From a virus (lineage: Duplodnaviria > Heunggongvirae > Uroviricota > Caudoviricetes), in IMG/VR virus record IMGVR_UViG_3300017987_005500: 64,000 bases of DNA. One strand, 5' to 3'. Every line of letters begins with the position of its first letter. The stretch's first letter is position 1. The position numbers were made by a program, and so were the translations under genes. The notes beneath the pieces were generated by a model. That model was given only the letters and a program-made list of their open reading frames with translations. It was not told where the DNA came from and ran no database searches. Positions 48,029 through 56,937 of this stretch are shown here, in pieces.

Positions 48029-51000
48029 TGTTAGATCTTTTAAATGTTAATGATTTCACAAAAGGACTTGATTTAATATCATCTACAGAGATCGCAACTA
48101 AAGATGGCGGATTTCATGTAAATGGATTATTCTCAGAGTCCATTTTTGGAACAGTAGGTTCCAATGAAAGACGAACAACATATGCTTATATTGATTTAGG
48201 AGCAAATGTAATTCACCCAACAATGATACGTTTTCTTTATAGACTTGATGGAAAAATAAAATCTTTTATATCAACTGAACATACATATGAAGTTGATAAA
48301 GAAACGGGTGAACTTGTCCAATCTCCTGATGGAGTTTCTGGTATAGCTGCTTTTATTAAATTGTTTCCAAAGATTAAATTCAATCTTGGAACTCCAGCAA
48401 GAGAAAAAATTAATGCCTCTGTTCAAGCTGCCTATAAAGATAAGTCTATTTTTATTAATAAACTTCCAGTTATTCCACCTGGTTATAGAGATGCTTATCA
48501 AGATGAATCTGGAGATTGGGTAGTTGATAAACTTAATGATTATTATATTACTATAATGAGGCGAGCTGTTAATGTAACAACATCATCTGGATCAGGTATT
48601 CTTTTTGATCTGATGAATTATGGTTTACAGCAAGCAGTCATTGATCATGATAAATATATCCAAACTCGTATTGCTAAAAAGTCTGGAATTATAAGAAGTC
48701 AAATGTTGGGAAAACGAATTGATTTTTCAGCTAGATCTGTAATTACACCAGGTCCTGACTTAAAAATTAATGAGATTGGAATTCCTTTAAGAATTGCAGC
48801 AACAATATTTGAACCATTTTTAATTCATCGTCTTTTATATTCTGGAATTGTTGATCAAGACTCATTATCTAAGGAAGTTGAAGAGTTTGTTGGAATTCCT
48901 CTATCTGTAGATAGTGTAAGAAAAGTCATTAAATCAATAAGAGTTGGTGATAAAATTCCTGAAGCATTATATAATATTTTTGCAGAATCAACCGAAGCTG
49001 TTATGCACGGAAGAGCAGTTATTGCAAAACGAGATCCAGCACTTCACGCAGAATCAGTAAGAGCATTTACTCCAATTTTAACTCATGGAAATAATGTACA
49101 AATATGCACATTGCAAGTAACTGGATTTAATGCTGACTTTGATGGAGATACAATGTTAGTTTGTCATCCTTTGAGTAATGAAGCTCAAGAAGAGATTCAA
49201 GAAAAAATGATGAAAGCTAAATCTGGTGAGTCATCAACTGCAATAACATTTGAATTAAATAAGGAAATGTATGTAGGACTTTATACAATAACGAAAGATA
49301 TTAAGTCCACAAAAGCAGCAATCGCTGTAACTGATAAAGATTTAGAAGATGCATCAAATCCTTATATTCCAGTAGTTTATAGAAAACAAAATACCACAAT
49401 GGGAAAAGCAATATTCAATAGTTGTTTTCCTCCCACCTTTCCTTATGTAAATAAATTGATAACCAAAAAAGTAGTTAATAAAATAATTGATGAATTATTT
49501 AAAAAATACGACGATGATATTGTTAGAGAATCCGTATCTAAACTTGCTAAAGTTGGTTTTAAATTTGCTACAATCATTGCCCCATCTATAAGTATTCAAG
49601 ACTTTGAACTTCCTCCAGCTATATATGAAATTAAAAAGAAACTTGATAAAGTTCCTATTGATGAAGCTCAAAGATTGTTAGATGATGCTCAAAAAATTCT
49701 TGCAAAACATCTTGAAGATACTGGGTTTCATGATTTGATAGAGTCTGGTTCTGGAAAAGGTTGGAGTCAACCAATGCAAATTCTTGTAGCGAAAGGAATT
49801 ATTGCTGACCCAGATGGAAATGTTTTAGAACCTATTAAGGGATCTTTCGCAGATGGATTATCAAATGAGGAATTTTATAATGCAGCTCCAGGTGCTATGA
49901 AAGGAATAATTGATAGAGTCCATAATACTGCTGAAACAGGATATTTATCAAGAAGATTAGCTTTTGTGCTTAATACAGTTGAAGCTGATCCTTATCTTAG
50001 AGATTGCAAAACTAAAAGAACTTTAAATCTTAAAGCAGAACCTGATTTAGTAAGAAGGATGGTAGGAAGATTTGTATTAAAAAATGGAAAACCAGTTTTA
50101 TTTGATCCCAATGATTTTAAAACAGGGGATTTAATTCAATTAAGAAGTCCGATATATTGTGAAAGTCCTAAGATTTGTTATACTTGCTACGGCGAACTAA
50201 TAAAGAGAGTTGGTTCCCCTTACATAGGAATTGTATCAGCTCAGATAATTGGAGAAAGAGGAACTCAATTAATTATGAGAACCTTCCATACAGGTGGAGC
50301 TACTAAAATAGATAAAAAAGATATGATCTCCGATATTATTGATGGGGACGCATTTGTAACAAAGGATGTTGTTAAATCTAAACTTAGACAAGAAGGTAAT
50401 TCATTAGTATGTTTAGATGATTGCAAAATAACTATAGGACTTAATAATTATGAATCTGAAGATGTTGCAATTAAAGAAGATGAGAATGTAGTTTGGTTAA
50501 GAAGCTTAATTTGTAATATAAGCTTTGAAGATACAGAATTCTCTATAATTCTTGATTATATTATAAATGTAAATATTATAAATGGAAATATAGAAGGTAA
50601 TGCAAAAAGTGAAGTAATTCAACTAAATTATCCAAAAGGCAGTACAATTTTAGAATGTACATTAGAGTCAATTGAATTGAAAAAACAAATTCAATTTATT
50701 GATAGACTTCTCAGCGGAAGGGAAATATATAAAAATACAGAACATGTATTTAGACGAATATTTAAAATATACCAAGAACATTCAGGAATGGATTTAGTTC
50801 ATTTAGAAGTTTTATTATCTAATTGTTTTAGATGGAAAGATAATTTAGCTTATCCTGCAAGACTTGGAAAAACATGGGATCCTGTCATGATTAATGTGAA
50901 GAATTTAGTTTTCAATACAGGGTTTGTAAATGGTTTGGCATTTGAAAATATTACAAAAGCTATTGAAATGGGATTAATTGCACAAGAAGATGTACCACCA

Positions 51001-51054
51001 TCTGTATTAGAGAAGGTAATGACAGGAACACTAATTGAGGAAACTAAAAAATAA
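48028..51054 (+). CDS. rpoC: Phage multisubunit RNA polymerase beta'-like subunit
   Basis: 'LGKRIDFSARSVI', 'RDPALH', catalytic 'NADFDGD', bridge helix 'TAETGYLSRRL', trigger loop 'GTQLIMRTFHTGG', Zn site 'C...RSP..C...IC..CYG'. Confidence 0.97.
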   Translation: MLDLLNVNDFTKGLDLISSTEIATKDGGFHVNGLFSESIFGTVGSNERRTTYAYIDLGANVIHPTMIRFLYRLDGKIKSFISTEHTYEVDKETGELVQSPDGVSGIAAFIKLFPKIKFNLGTPAREKINASVQAAYKDKSIFINKLPVIPPGYRDAYQDESGDWVVDKLNDYYITIMRRAVNVTTSSGSGILFDLMNYGLQQAVIDHDKYIQTRIAKKSGIIRSQMLGKRIDFSARSVITPGPDLKINEIGIPLRIAATIFEPFLIHRLLYSGIVDQDSLSKEVEEFVGIPLSVDSVRKVIKSIRVGDKIPEALYNIFAESTEAVMHGRAVIAKRDPALHAESVRAFTPILTHGNNVQICTLQVTGFNADFDGDTMLVCHPLSNEAQEEIQEKMMKAKSGESSTAITFELNKEMYVGLYTITKDIKSTKAAIAVTDKDLEDASNPYIPVVYRKQNTTMGKAIFNSCFPPTFPYVNKLITKKVVNKIIDELFKKYDDDIVRESVSKLAKVGFKFATIIAPSISIQDFELPPAIYEIKKKLDKVPIDEAQRLLDDAQKILAKHLEDTGFHDLIESGSGKGWSQPMQILVAKGIIADPDGNVLEPIKGSFADGLSNEEFYNAAPGAMKGIIDRVHNTAETGYLSRRLAFVLNTVEADPYLRDCKTKRTLNLKAEPDLVRRMVGRFVLKNGKPVLFDPNDFKTGDLIQLRSPIYCESPKICYTCYGELIKRVGSPYIGIVSAQIIGERGTQLIMRTFHTGGATKIDKKDMISDIIDGDAFVTKDVVKSKLRQEGNSLVCLDDCKITIGLNNYESEDVAIKEDENVVWLRSLICNISFEDTEFSIILDYIINVNIINGNIEGNAKSEVIQLNYPKGSTILECTLESIELKKQIQFIDRLLSGREIYKNTEHVFRRIFKIYQEHSGMDLVHLEVLLSNCFRWKDNLAYPARLGKTWDPVMINVKNLVFNTGFVNGLAFENITKAIEMGLIAQEDVPPSVLEKVMTGTLIEETKK

Positions 51055-54000
51055 TGAAGCAATATAAAGTCCTAAAACCTTATTCTCAGGTTTCTAAAAA
51101 ATTAAGTTTTAAATTGGAACGAGACAATCCGTACATTCTCTTTTATTTTCCAGAAAATACAACATTACTTGAAACATATCCTGCATTGGACTTAAGAATA
51201 ATAGATTTTAGGAATGTAATTGTTCCACTTACAAAAATTCCAAGAACTCGCTTAACATCTACATTGAAGAAATTATATAGATCATTAAAGTTGTATGCTA
51301 ATGGAACCAATGAAAAATATCCTGAGAATAAAAATTTAATATTTGATTATTCAACTTATTTAAGATCTATAGATGTTACATATAAACCTATAAGTTATAG
51401 ACAGCGAACAGGATTTTTGATTAAGAATTTATTTTTTATGACAGCTAATCAATTTCCTGAAAATTATAAAAAGATTTTATTGTACAATATTGTACTTGAA
51501 AATAATTTTGATCCAACGTTTGTAAATAGGAAATCATTTCCTATTGTTCAACAATTAAAAGATGAATCATTTCCTTTTGACGATCTTCTTCTTTGCATTA
51601 CTCATAATAATACATCTACGTTTAGACTTTTGGTCAGAGATAAAGAATTTTCTTTACCAAGGACTTTACAATATTTGAAAACTATTAAACCTATAAATGT
51701 TGAAGAAGAGGAAGAAAAAGAATTAAATGATGCATCTACAGCAGTAGCTAAAAAGATAGATGTAAAACCAAAAGATAAAAAGACTGTTAATGTTGCAGTC
51801 AATAATTATTTATCAACTTCTCCAGCTGACTTAGAAAAGATTTCAACTGGAAAAGCAACTAAAGCTGATGAAGAAAGAATAGCTGTTGCATCATTATTAT
51901 ATAGGACATCAGGAGATTTATCTAAAGCTAAAAAAATAGCAAATTCAATTCCTCCTAAAAAGAGAGCAATTGCATTAAAGAGAATTGATAAACAACTCGT
52001 TGATGAATTGATTCCACCTAAAGATTCTATAAACTTATCATCCGAAGTTGTTGTGCAATCATCTAATGTTCAAAAAGTAGTCGATAAAAAAACACCTGAA
52101 CACATATTTGAAAAGAGAAAAGTTGATTATAAAGTTAATCTCACAAAGGATATGGCAAATGCATTTAAGATGCTTGAAAATAAAGAAGTTCCTTTGAAGA
52201 TTGAAAAAATAAAAATAGTTGAGCAACCTGATAAACCAGGAGAGATTGACCCAACTGATAAATCAACAATTGAAGTTATGCTTAAAGATAAATCTGGAAC
52301 ATCTCATAAAATTGAAATTGATGTTCCAAGGATTAATCCAGAGACAGGAATATTTAGAGTATATGGACAAAAGAAATGTTTGATAAATCAAATTATTCAA
52401 TGTCCAATAACATTTCCTAAACCACATGAGTCACGATTTGAAAGTTCATATTCAAAATTTAGAATATGGGTTGTGATGACAAAAAGAATGAATTATCTTC
52501 ATTCATATATGGGTGGTTGTAAGATACCTCTTTTAATAATGCTCTCGTATTCATATGGTTTTGAAAGGACATTAAAACAATATGGAATAGGATATAAAAT
52601 AAGCGACATTAAACCAAGTAAGGACGCGAAATTTGCGATTAAAATAGATGATAGGTATATATATTTCACAAAAGTTGACACCCCATTAAAGGAGCAATTG
52701 GTTAACTCATTCATCTATGCAAAACCATCGAAATATAAGATTGATTATGAATTTGGAAGCAAGATGTATTTCAATGAATTAATAATAGCTATAACAGGAA
52801 GAATCAATTCAACATATTTAATTCAATCAAATCTTGAAAATATAGTAACACCTGTTGCTCATCAAGTTCTTGTTAATCAACAACTTCCTACACAACTTGA
52901 GCAAATAATGAAATATATGGCAACTAATTGTGTAGCTGGTAAAGAGATTAAGAGAAATGATTTAAGCAACCAAAGAATAAGAAATTCAGAAGTTATTGTT
53001 GATTTAGCTCAAAGTAGAATATTAGCTGCTTATACTGAGTATAAAGAGCAAATATTATCAGGAAACAATGACGCTGTATTCAATATTCCTAAAGGAGTTG
53101 TTTTAGCAGACTTTAATAAAATTGAAAATGTTCAAACAATGGAGTATGCAAATCCTCTTGAAGAAATGGCAACATTGTCAAGAGTAACTCCTGTAGGAAA
53201 AACGGTTGGAGGAATTCCTGATAAAAGAGCTATAACTGCGGATGCTTTAAATGTTGATAAATCTTATTTTGGAAATATTGATTTATATGACACACCAGAA
53301 GGTGAGAATATTGGAGTTGTTCAACAATTGACAGTTGATGCTCATATTACATCAGCAAGAGGTCTTTTCAAAACAATCCCACTTTCTAATAAAGAGAATG
53401 CAGGGCTTTTATCAACAACAACTTCAATGATTCCTTTTGTATCTCATAATGATGGGAATAGGATTATGATGGCGGCAAGTCAAGCAAAACAAATGCTTCC
53501 ACTTAAAAATCCAGAACCTCCAGTTGTTCAATCGGGATATGAATCATTGCTTACAAATACATTATCTGATAGTTTTGTAAAGAAGTCCCCATGCACAGGA
53601 AAAGTTGCATCAATTTCAAGAGATGCAATTACATTGGTATGCTCAAATGGAAAAAAGCAAACAATTGACACAACTCCTGTTCATCTTAAATCAGGTTCTG
53701 GAAAAGATACTTTAAGTGTATTTAATCCAACTGTTATTAAAGGACAAACTATAAAAAGTGGTAATGTACTTGCTGAAGGAAGTTGTATTTCTCAAGGAAG
53801 TATTGCTTTAGGTAGGACATTGCTTGCTGCAGTTATGCCATATAAAGGATATAATTATGAAGATGGTGTAACGATAAGCGAGACATTAGTTCATCAAGAT
53901 AAGTTAACATCTTTACATGGAATAATTGTAGAGGTAACTGTATCTGAAAATGATCGTTTAGTTTATATTTCTGAAATGGGTGATAAAACTAAAAAGGGTG

Positions 54001-55139
54001 AAACAATTCTCAGAAAGACAGTAGGTGAAATTGAGGAATTAATTGGTATTGATGATGATGAAGATTCAACTGATATTTTAGCTGGACAACTTATCAAGAA
54101 AAGTCCAGGTGGAACAATTGTTGACATTGAAGTATTTTCAAATATGACAACTGATAAATTTCCTCAACTTAAATCATTAATTTCAAGAACAAGAAAGAGA
54201 TATAAAAACCCAACTAAGAAATTTTTGATTAAAGGAAGAAGCATTAATGGAATGTTGATAAGATTTAAAATAGAACAAGAACTTCCAATTGGTCTTGGCG
54301 ATAAACTTGCTAATAGACATGGTAATAAAGGTATTGTCTCATTAGTTGAAAAAGAAGAAAATATGCCAAGGACTCCGTGGGGAGATAGAGTTGAAATTGT
54401 ATTAAATCCTCTTGGAATTATTGGAAGAATGAATGTTGGTCAAATTTATGAATTGTATTGTGGATTAATCGGCAGAGAACTTGCTAAAAAATCAATCTCA
54501 TTAAATTCAAAATCAAATGTAGTTAATTTATTTAAAGCTATATTATCTCAATTAGATAATACAAAAGATAAACAATTTAGCTCAGATTTTATTAAAAATT
54601 TAAGAGGTCTTAACAGAGCAAATTACAATTTAATGTTAGAGCAAATGAAAAAGACAGGATTCGCCCCAATCGTAGTTCCTCCATTTCAAACTCCTACTTA
54701 TAAAAATATTCTTGCAGCAATGAAAATGTTAGATCTTAAACAAGGATATAAACTTTATTTGCCTGACTATAATACAAAAACGAATTATGAAGTTCCAGTT
54801 GGTTATCAATATATTACAAAACTTGAACATATGGGTGAAGCAAAACTACATGCTAGATCCACAGGACCCGTTACTTCAAAAACATTGCAACCGACTGCAG
54901 GAAAGAGAAGCGAAGGTGGTCAGAGATTAGGCGAAATGGACACATATTCATTTCTTTCATATAATGCGACAAAAACATTATCTGAACTTATGGGTCCTAT
55001 GAGCGATGATATCGTGACCAAAAATGAAATGTTATCTGAAATAATTCAAACAGGTCAAGTTGAATATAAACCAACTAAAACTTCACCGGTAAGGGATCTA
55101 TTAAATGCTTATATGGTTGCCCTTATGCTAGGAAAGTAA
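51054..55139 (+). CDS. rpoB: Phage multisubunit RNA polymerase beta-like subunit with long N-terminal extension
   Basis: 'DTPEGENIG', 'HNDGNR..M', 'GYNYEDG', 'GDKLANRHGNKG', 'LNPLG...RMN.GQ', 'HARSTGP', 'GGQRLGEMD'. Confidence 0.97.
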   Translation: MKQYKVLKPYSQVSKKLSFKLERDNPYILFYFPENTTLLETYPALDLRIIDFRNVIVPLTKIPRTRLTSTLKKLYRSLKLYANGTNEKYPENKNLIFDYSTYLRSIDVTYKPISYRQRTGFLIKNLFFMTANQFPENYKKILLYNIVLENNFDPTFVNRKSFPIVQQLKDESFPFDDLLLCITHNNTSTFRLLVRDKEFSLPRTLQYLKTIKPINVEEEEEKELNDASTAVAKKIDVKPKDKKTVNVAVNNYLSTSPADLEKISTGKATKADEERIAVASLLYRTSGDLSKAKKIANSIPPKKRAIALKRIDKQLVDELIPPKDSINLSSEVVVQSSNVQKVVDKKTPEHIFEKRKVDYKVNLTKDMANAFKMLENKEVPLKIEKIKIVEQPDKPGEIDPTDKSTIEVMLKDKSGTSHKIEIDVPRINPETGIFRVYGQKKCLINQIIQCPITFPKPHESRFESSYSKFRIWVVMTKRMNYLHSYMGGCKIPLLIMLSYSYGFERTLKQYGIGYKISDIKPSKDAKFAIKIDDRYIYFTKVDTPLKEQLVNSFIYAKPSKYKIDYEFGSKMYFNELIIAITGRINSTYLIQSNLENIVTPVAHQVLVNQQLPTQLEQIMKYMATNCVAGKEIKRNDLSNQRIRNSEVIVDLAQSRILAAYTEYKEQILSGNNDAVFNIPKGVVLADFNKIENVQTMEYANPLEEMATLSRVTPVGKTVGGIPDKRAITADALNVDKSYFGNIDLYDTPEGENIGVVQQLTVDAHITSARGLFKTIPLSNKENAGLLSTTTSMIPFVSHNDGNRIMMAASQAKQMLPLKNPEPPVVQSGYESLLTNTLSDSFVKKSPCTGKVASISRDAITLVCSNGKKQTIDTTPVHLKSGSGKDTLSVFNPTVIKGQTIKSGNVLAEGSCISQGSIALGRTLLAAVMPYKGYNYEDGVTISETLVHQDKLTSLHGIIVEVTVSENDRLVYISEMGDKTKKGETILRKTVGEIEELIGIDDDEDSTDILAGQLIKKSPGGTIVDIEVFSNMTTDKFPQLKSLISRTRKRYKNPTKKFLIKGRSINGMLIRFKIEQELPIGLGDKLANRHGNKGIVSLVEKEENMPRTPWGDRVEIVLNPLGIIGRMNVGQIYELYCGLIGRELAKKSISLNSKSNVVNLFKAILSQLDNTKDKQFSSDFIKNLRGLNRANYNLMLEQMKKTGFAPIVVPPFQTPTYKNILAAMKMLDLKQGYKLYLPDYNTKTNYEVPVGYQYITKLEHMGEAKLHARSTGPVTSKTLQPTAGKRSEGGQRLGEMDTYSFLSYNATKTLSELMGPMSDDIVTKNEMLSEIIQTGQVEYKPTKTSPVRDLLNAYMVALMLGK

Positions 55140-55140
55140 A

Positions 55141-55752
55141 ATGCAAAATGAACAGCAAAATTTAAAGACTTTATGCGACATTATTGACCCAGAACCATCC
55201 GGAGACGATGATCGAGATACCCAATATGACGTTGGGGTTGTATTTTCTGACCAATATGATTTATTAGAAATTCATACTTATTTTGGATTAGATGAATTTA
55301 TGGAGATTTATACATCTACAATAAATGGAGTAAGACAGCAAGAATTACAAATTCAAGCAACTTTATGTAGTCTGTTATTAGAAAAAATTGAAAATGTATA
55401 TGATTTTTCATTTGACACTCATATCACTTTATTAAGGCAGAGGGATCTCGATAAAGTATATGATTTAGCGGAATTTCTTCAATATAATAATCTTAAATTT
55501 ATAACAGGAATTTGGAAATCCTTTGGGTTAAAGAATATTGTATCATTAGATGTAGAAGATTTCTTCACTTCAAATAAAGATAATTTCCAAAAGTTAATAG
55601 AACAAATAACAAATAGATCATTAATGTATAGTAAAGATTCACTTATCAACCATTTTCTAAACATTTGTAACAAAGAAATATCATTATTTATGATAACACA
55701 AATGACGAATAAGTGGAGAATTGAAATTTCTGCGAATTTAATGAAAGGATAA
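55141..55752 (+). CDS. Hypothetical protein directly after beta
   Basis: 203 aa, starts 1 nt after the beta stop codon. Confidence 0.6.
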   Translation: MQNEQQNLKTLCDIIDPEPSGDDDRDTQYDVGVVFSDQYDLLEIHTYFGLDEFMEIYTSTINGVRQQELQIQATLCSLLLEKIENVYDFSFDTHITLLRQRDLDKVYDLAEFLQYNNLKFITGIWKSFGLKNIVSLDVEDFFTSNKDNFQKLIEQITNRSLMYSKDSLINHFLNICNKEISLFMITQMTNKWRIEISANLMKG

Positions 55753-55756
55753 AATT

Positions 55757-56017
55757 ATGGCAGCTGAAGAAGATAGTGTAGTAATTAAAAAAGGACCAGT
55801 TACAATAAATTGTTTTCGGAGCGATTTAATTATGGTTGATCAAACACCTGACGGAGTTGTTATTAATTTGAAGGGTGGACTTGCTTTAAATTATACAGAT
55901 CAATATATGGAAATTGAAACCAAAGAAAGAATAAAACAAGCTGTAAATCATATGGCAGGGAACTTAGAAATCGATCTTGGCAATCGAAGAACCCCAGCAA
56001 GAATTTTGGGTAAGTAG
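55757..56017 (+). CDS. Hypothetical protein
   Basis: 86 aa with AAGGA RBS. Confidence 0.6.
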   Translation: MAAEEDSVVIKKGPVTINCFRSDLIMVDQTPDGVVINLKGGLALNYTDQYMEIETKERIKQAVNHMAGNLEIDLGNRRTPARILGK

Positions 56018-56044
56018 TCCTTGTTATATATATTTATATTTAAT

Positions 56045-56163
56045 AATAAGAACTAGTTGCTCGGTATTCCTTATGGAATGATGTGACAAGATCTTATTTT
56101 ACCGCCTCTATGCAGGTGGGTTTCTTAGGGAGAGTGGACATTATGTCTGCTCTCCCAACTTTT
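56045..56163 (+). ncRNA. Candidate structured RNA (three hairpins, the last terminator-like)
   Basis: GC-enriched intergenic island after TATATATATT (56025). Stems: 56045-56098 (interrupted), 56102-56119, and a 13-bp stem 56128-56156 with two G-U pairs followed by AACUUUU. Confidence 0.5.
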
Positions 56164-56245
56164 AAAACAATTTAAAACTTTTTTGCGCTTAAATTTAAAA
56201 CAACTTTTAAAACAACTTTAGGAAAACTTTTAATGAACTTTTTAA
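56156..56245 (+). repeat. Low-complexity AACTTTTAAAAC-like repeats
   Basis: caacttttaaaacaa, tttaaaacaacttttaaaacaacttt, aaaacttttaa, gaactttttaa; similar units at 56886-56925. Confidence 0.65.
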
Positions 56246-56316
56246 TTTATTTGTACGTCTTTAGAAAAAATGTTATATCTATATCCTACGTAATTTTGAA
56301 TTTAACGAGGTGAATT

Positions 56317-56889
56317 ATGAACTTAGTTTCGATTGAAAGATTAGTAGAGTCGATGAATGTGGACGTTTATCCGATTACACTAATGAAATTTTTACTAAAC
56401 AGAGGAAAAATACTTTTCTATTTTTCAAAAGCGGCTGAAAAGGATTTTGAATTAAGAGGAGGGAATTCAACAATTAATTCTGACGAATGTGAAGCATGTA
56501 AATCTAAATCTGGAATTTTATGCAGAGAACATACTTCCATTGATAGAGTTATGACTGCTGACAGAGTATTATTTGACTTAGATACGAATACCTATTTTTA
56601 TAAAAATGAAATATTTAGGATGGTAGGGAATAGACTGGTTATAATATATTGTCCTCATACAAAACTTATAAAAGGAAGTATCGCAAACGACAAAGTTAAG
56701 AAGATAAAACCATTGACAATTGAAAATAAAGATTTGACTGCATTACCTGACTATGAAAACACACACCAATTTTTATCAACTGAAATGATGAATAAGAATA
56801 CTAAATGCTGGTTTAATAACCAATTTAGCATTATTTCAATACCCAAAGATAGAGAAAGTTCAGATTTCTGTTTAATTCCAAATAGATAA
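56317..56889 (+). CDS. Hypothetical protein with CxxC...CxxH zinc site
   Basis: 'CEACKSKSGILCREH'; GAGGT RBS. Confidence 0.65.
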   Translation: MNLVSIERLVESMNVDVYPITLMKFLLNRGKILFYFSKAAEKDFELRGGNSTINSDECEACKSKSGILCREHTSIDRVMTADRVLFDLDTNTYFYKNEIFRMVGNRLVIIYCPHTKLIKGSIANDKVKKIKPLTIENKDLTALPDYENTHQFLSTEMMNKNTKCWFNNQFSIISIPKDRESSDFCLIPNR

Positions 56890-56937
56890 CTTTCATTATC
56901 TTTAACTTTTAAAATAACTTTTAAGGAGGAAAACACG

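Noticed and set aside
48028-55139. Bacterial rpoBC locus (host chromosome)
   Set aside because: Reversed gene order, no ribosomal protein neighbours, divergent sequence and surrounding virion genes.
56045-56163. tRNA in the structured intergenic region
   Set aside because: No cloverleaf, T-loop GTTC motif or acceptor stem with CCA.
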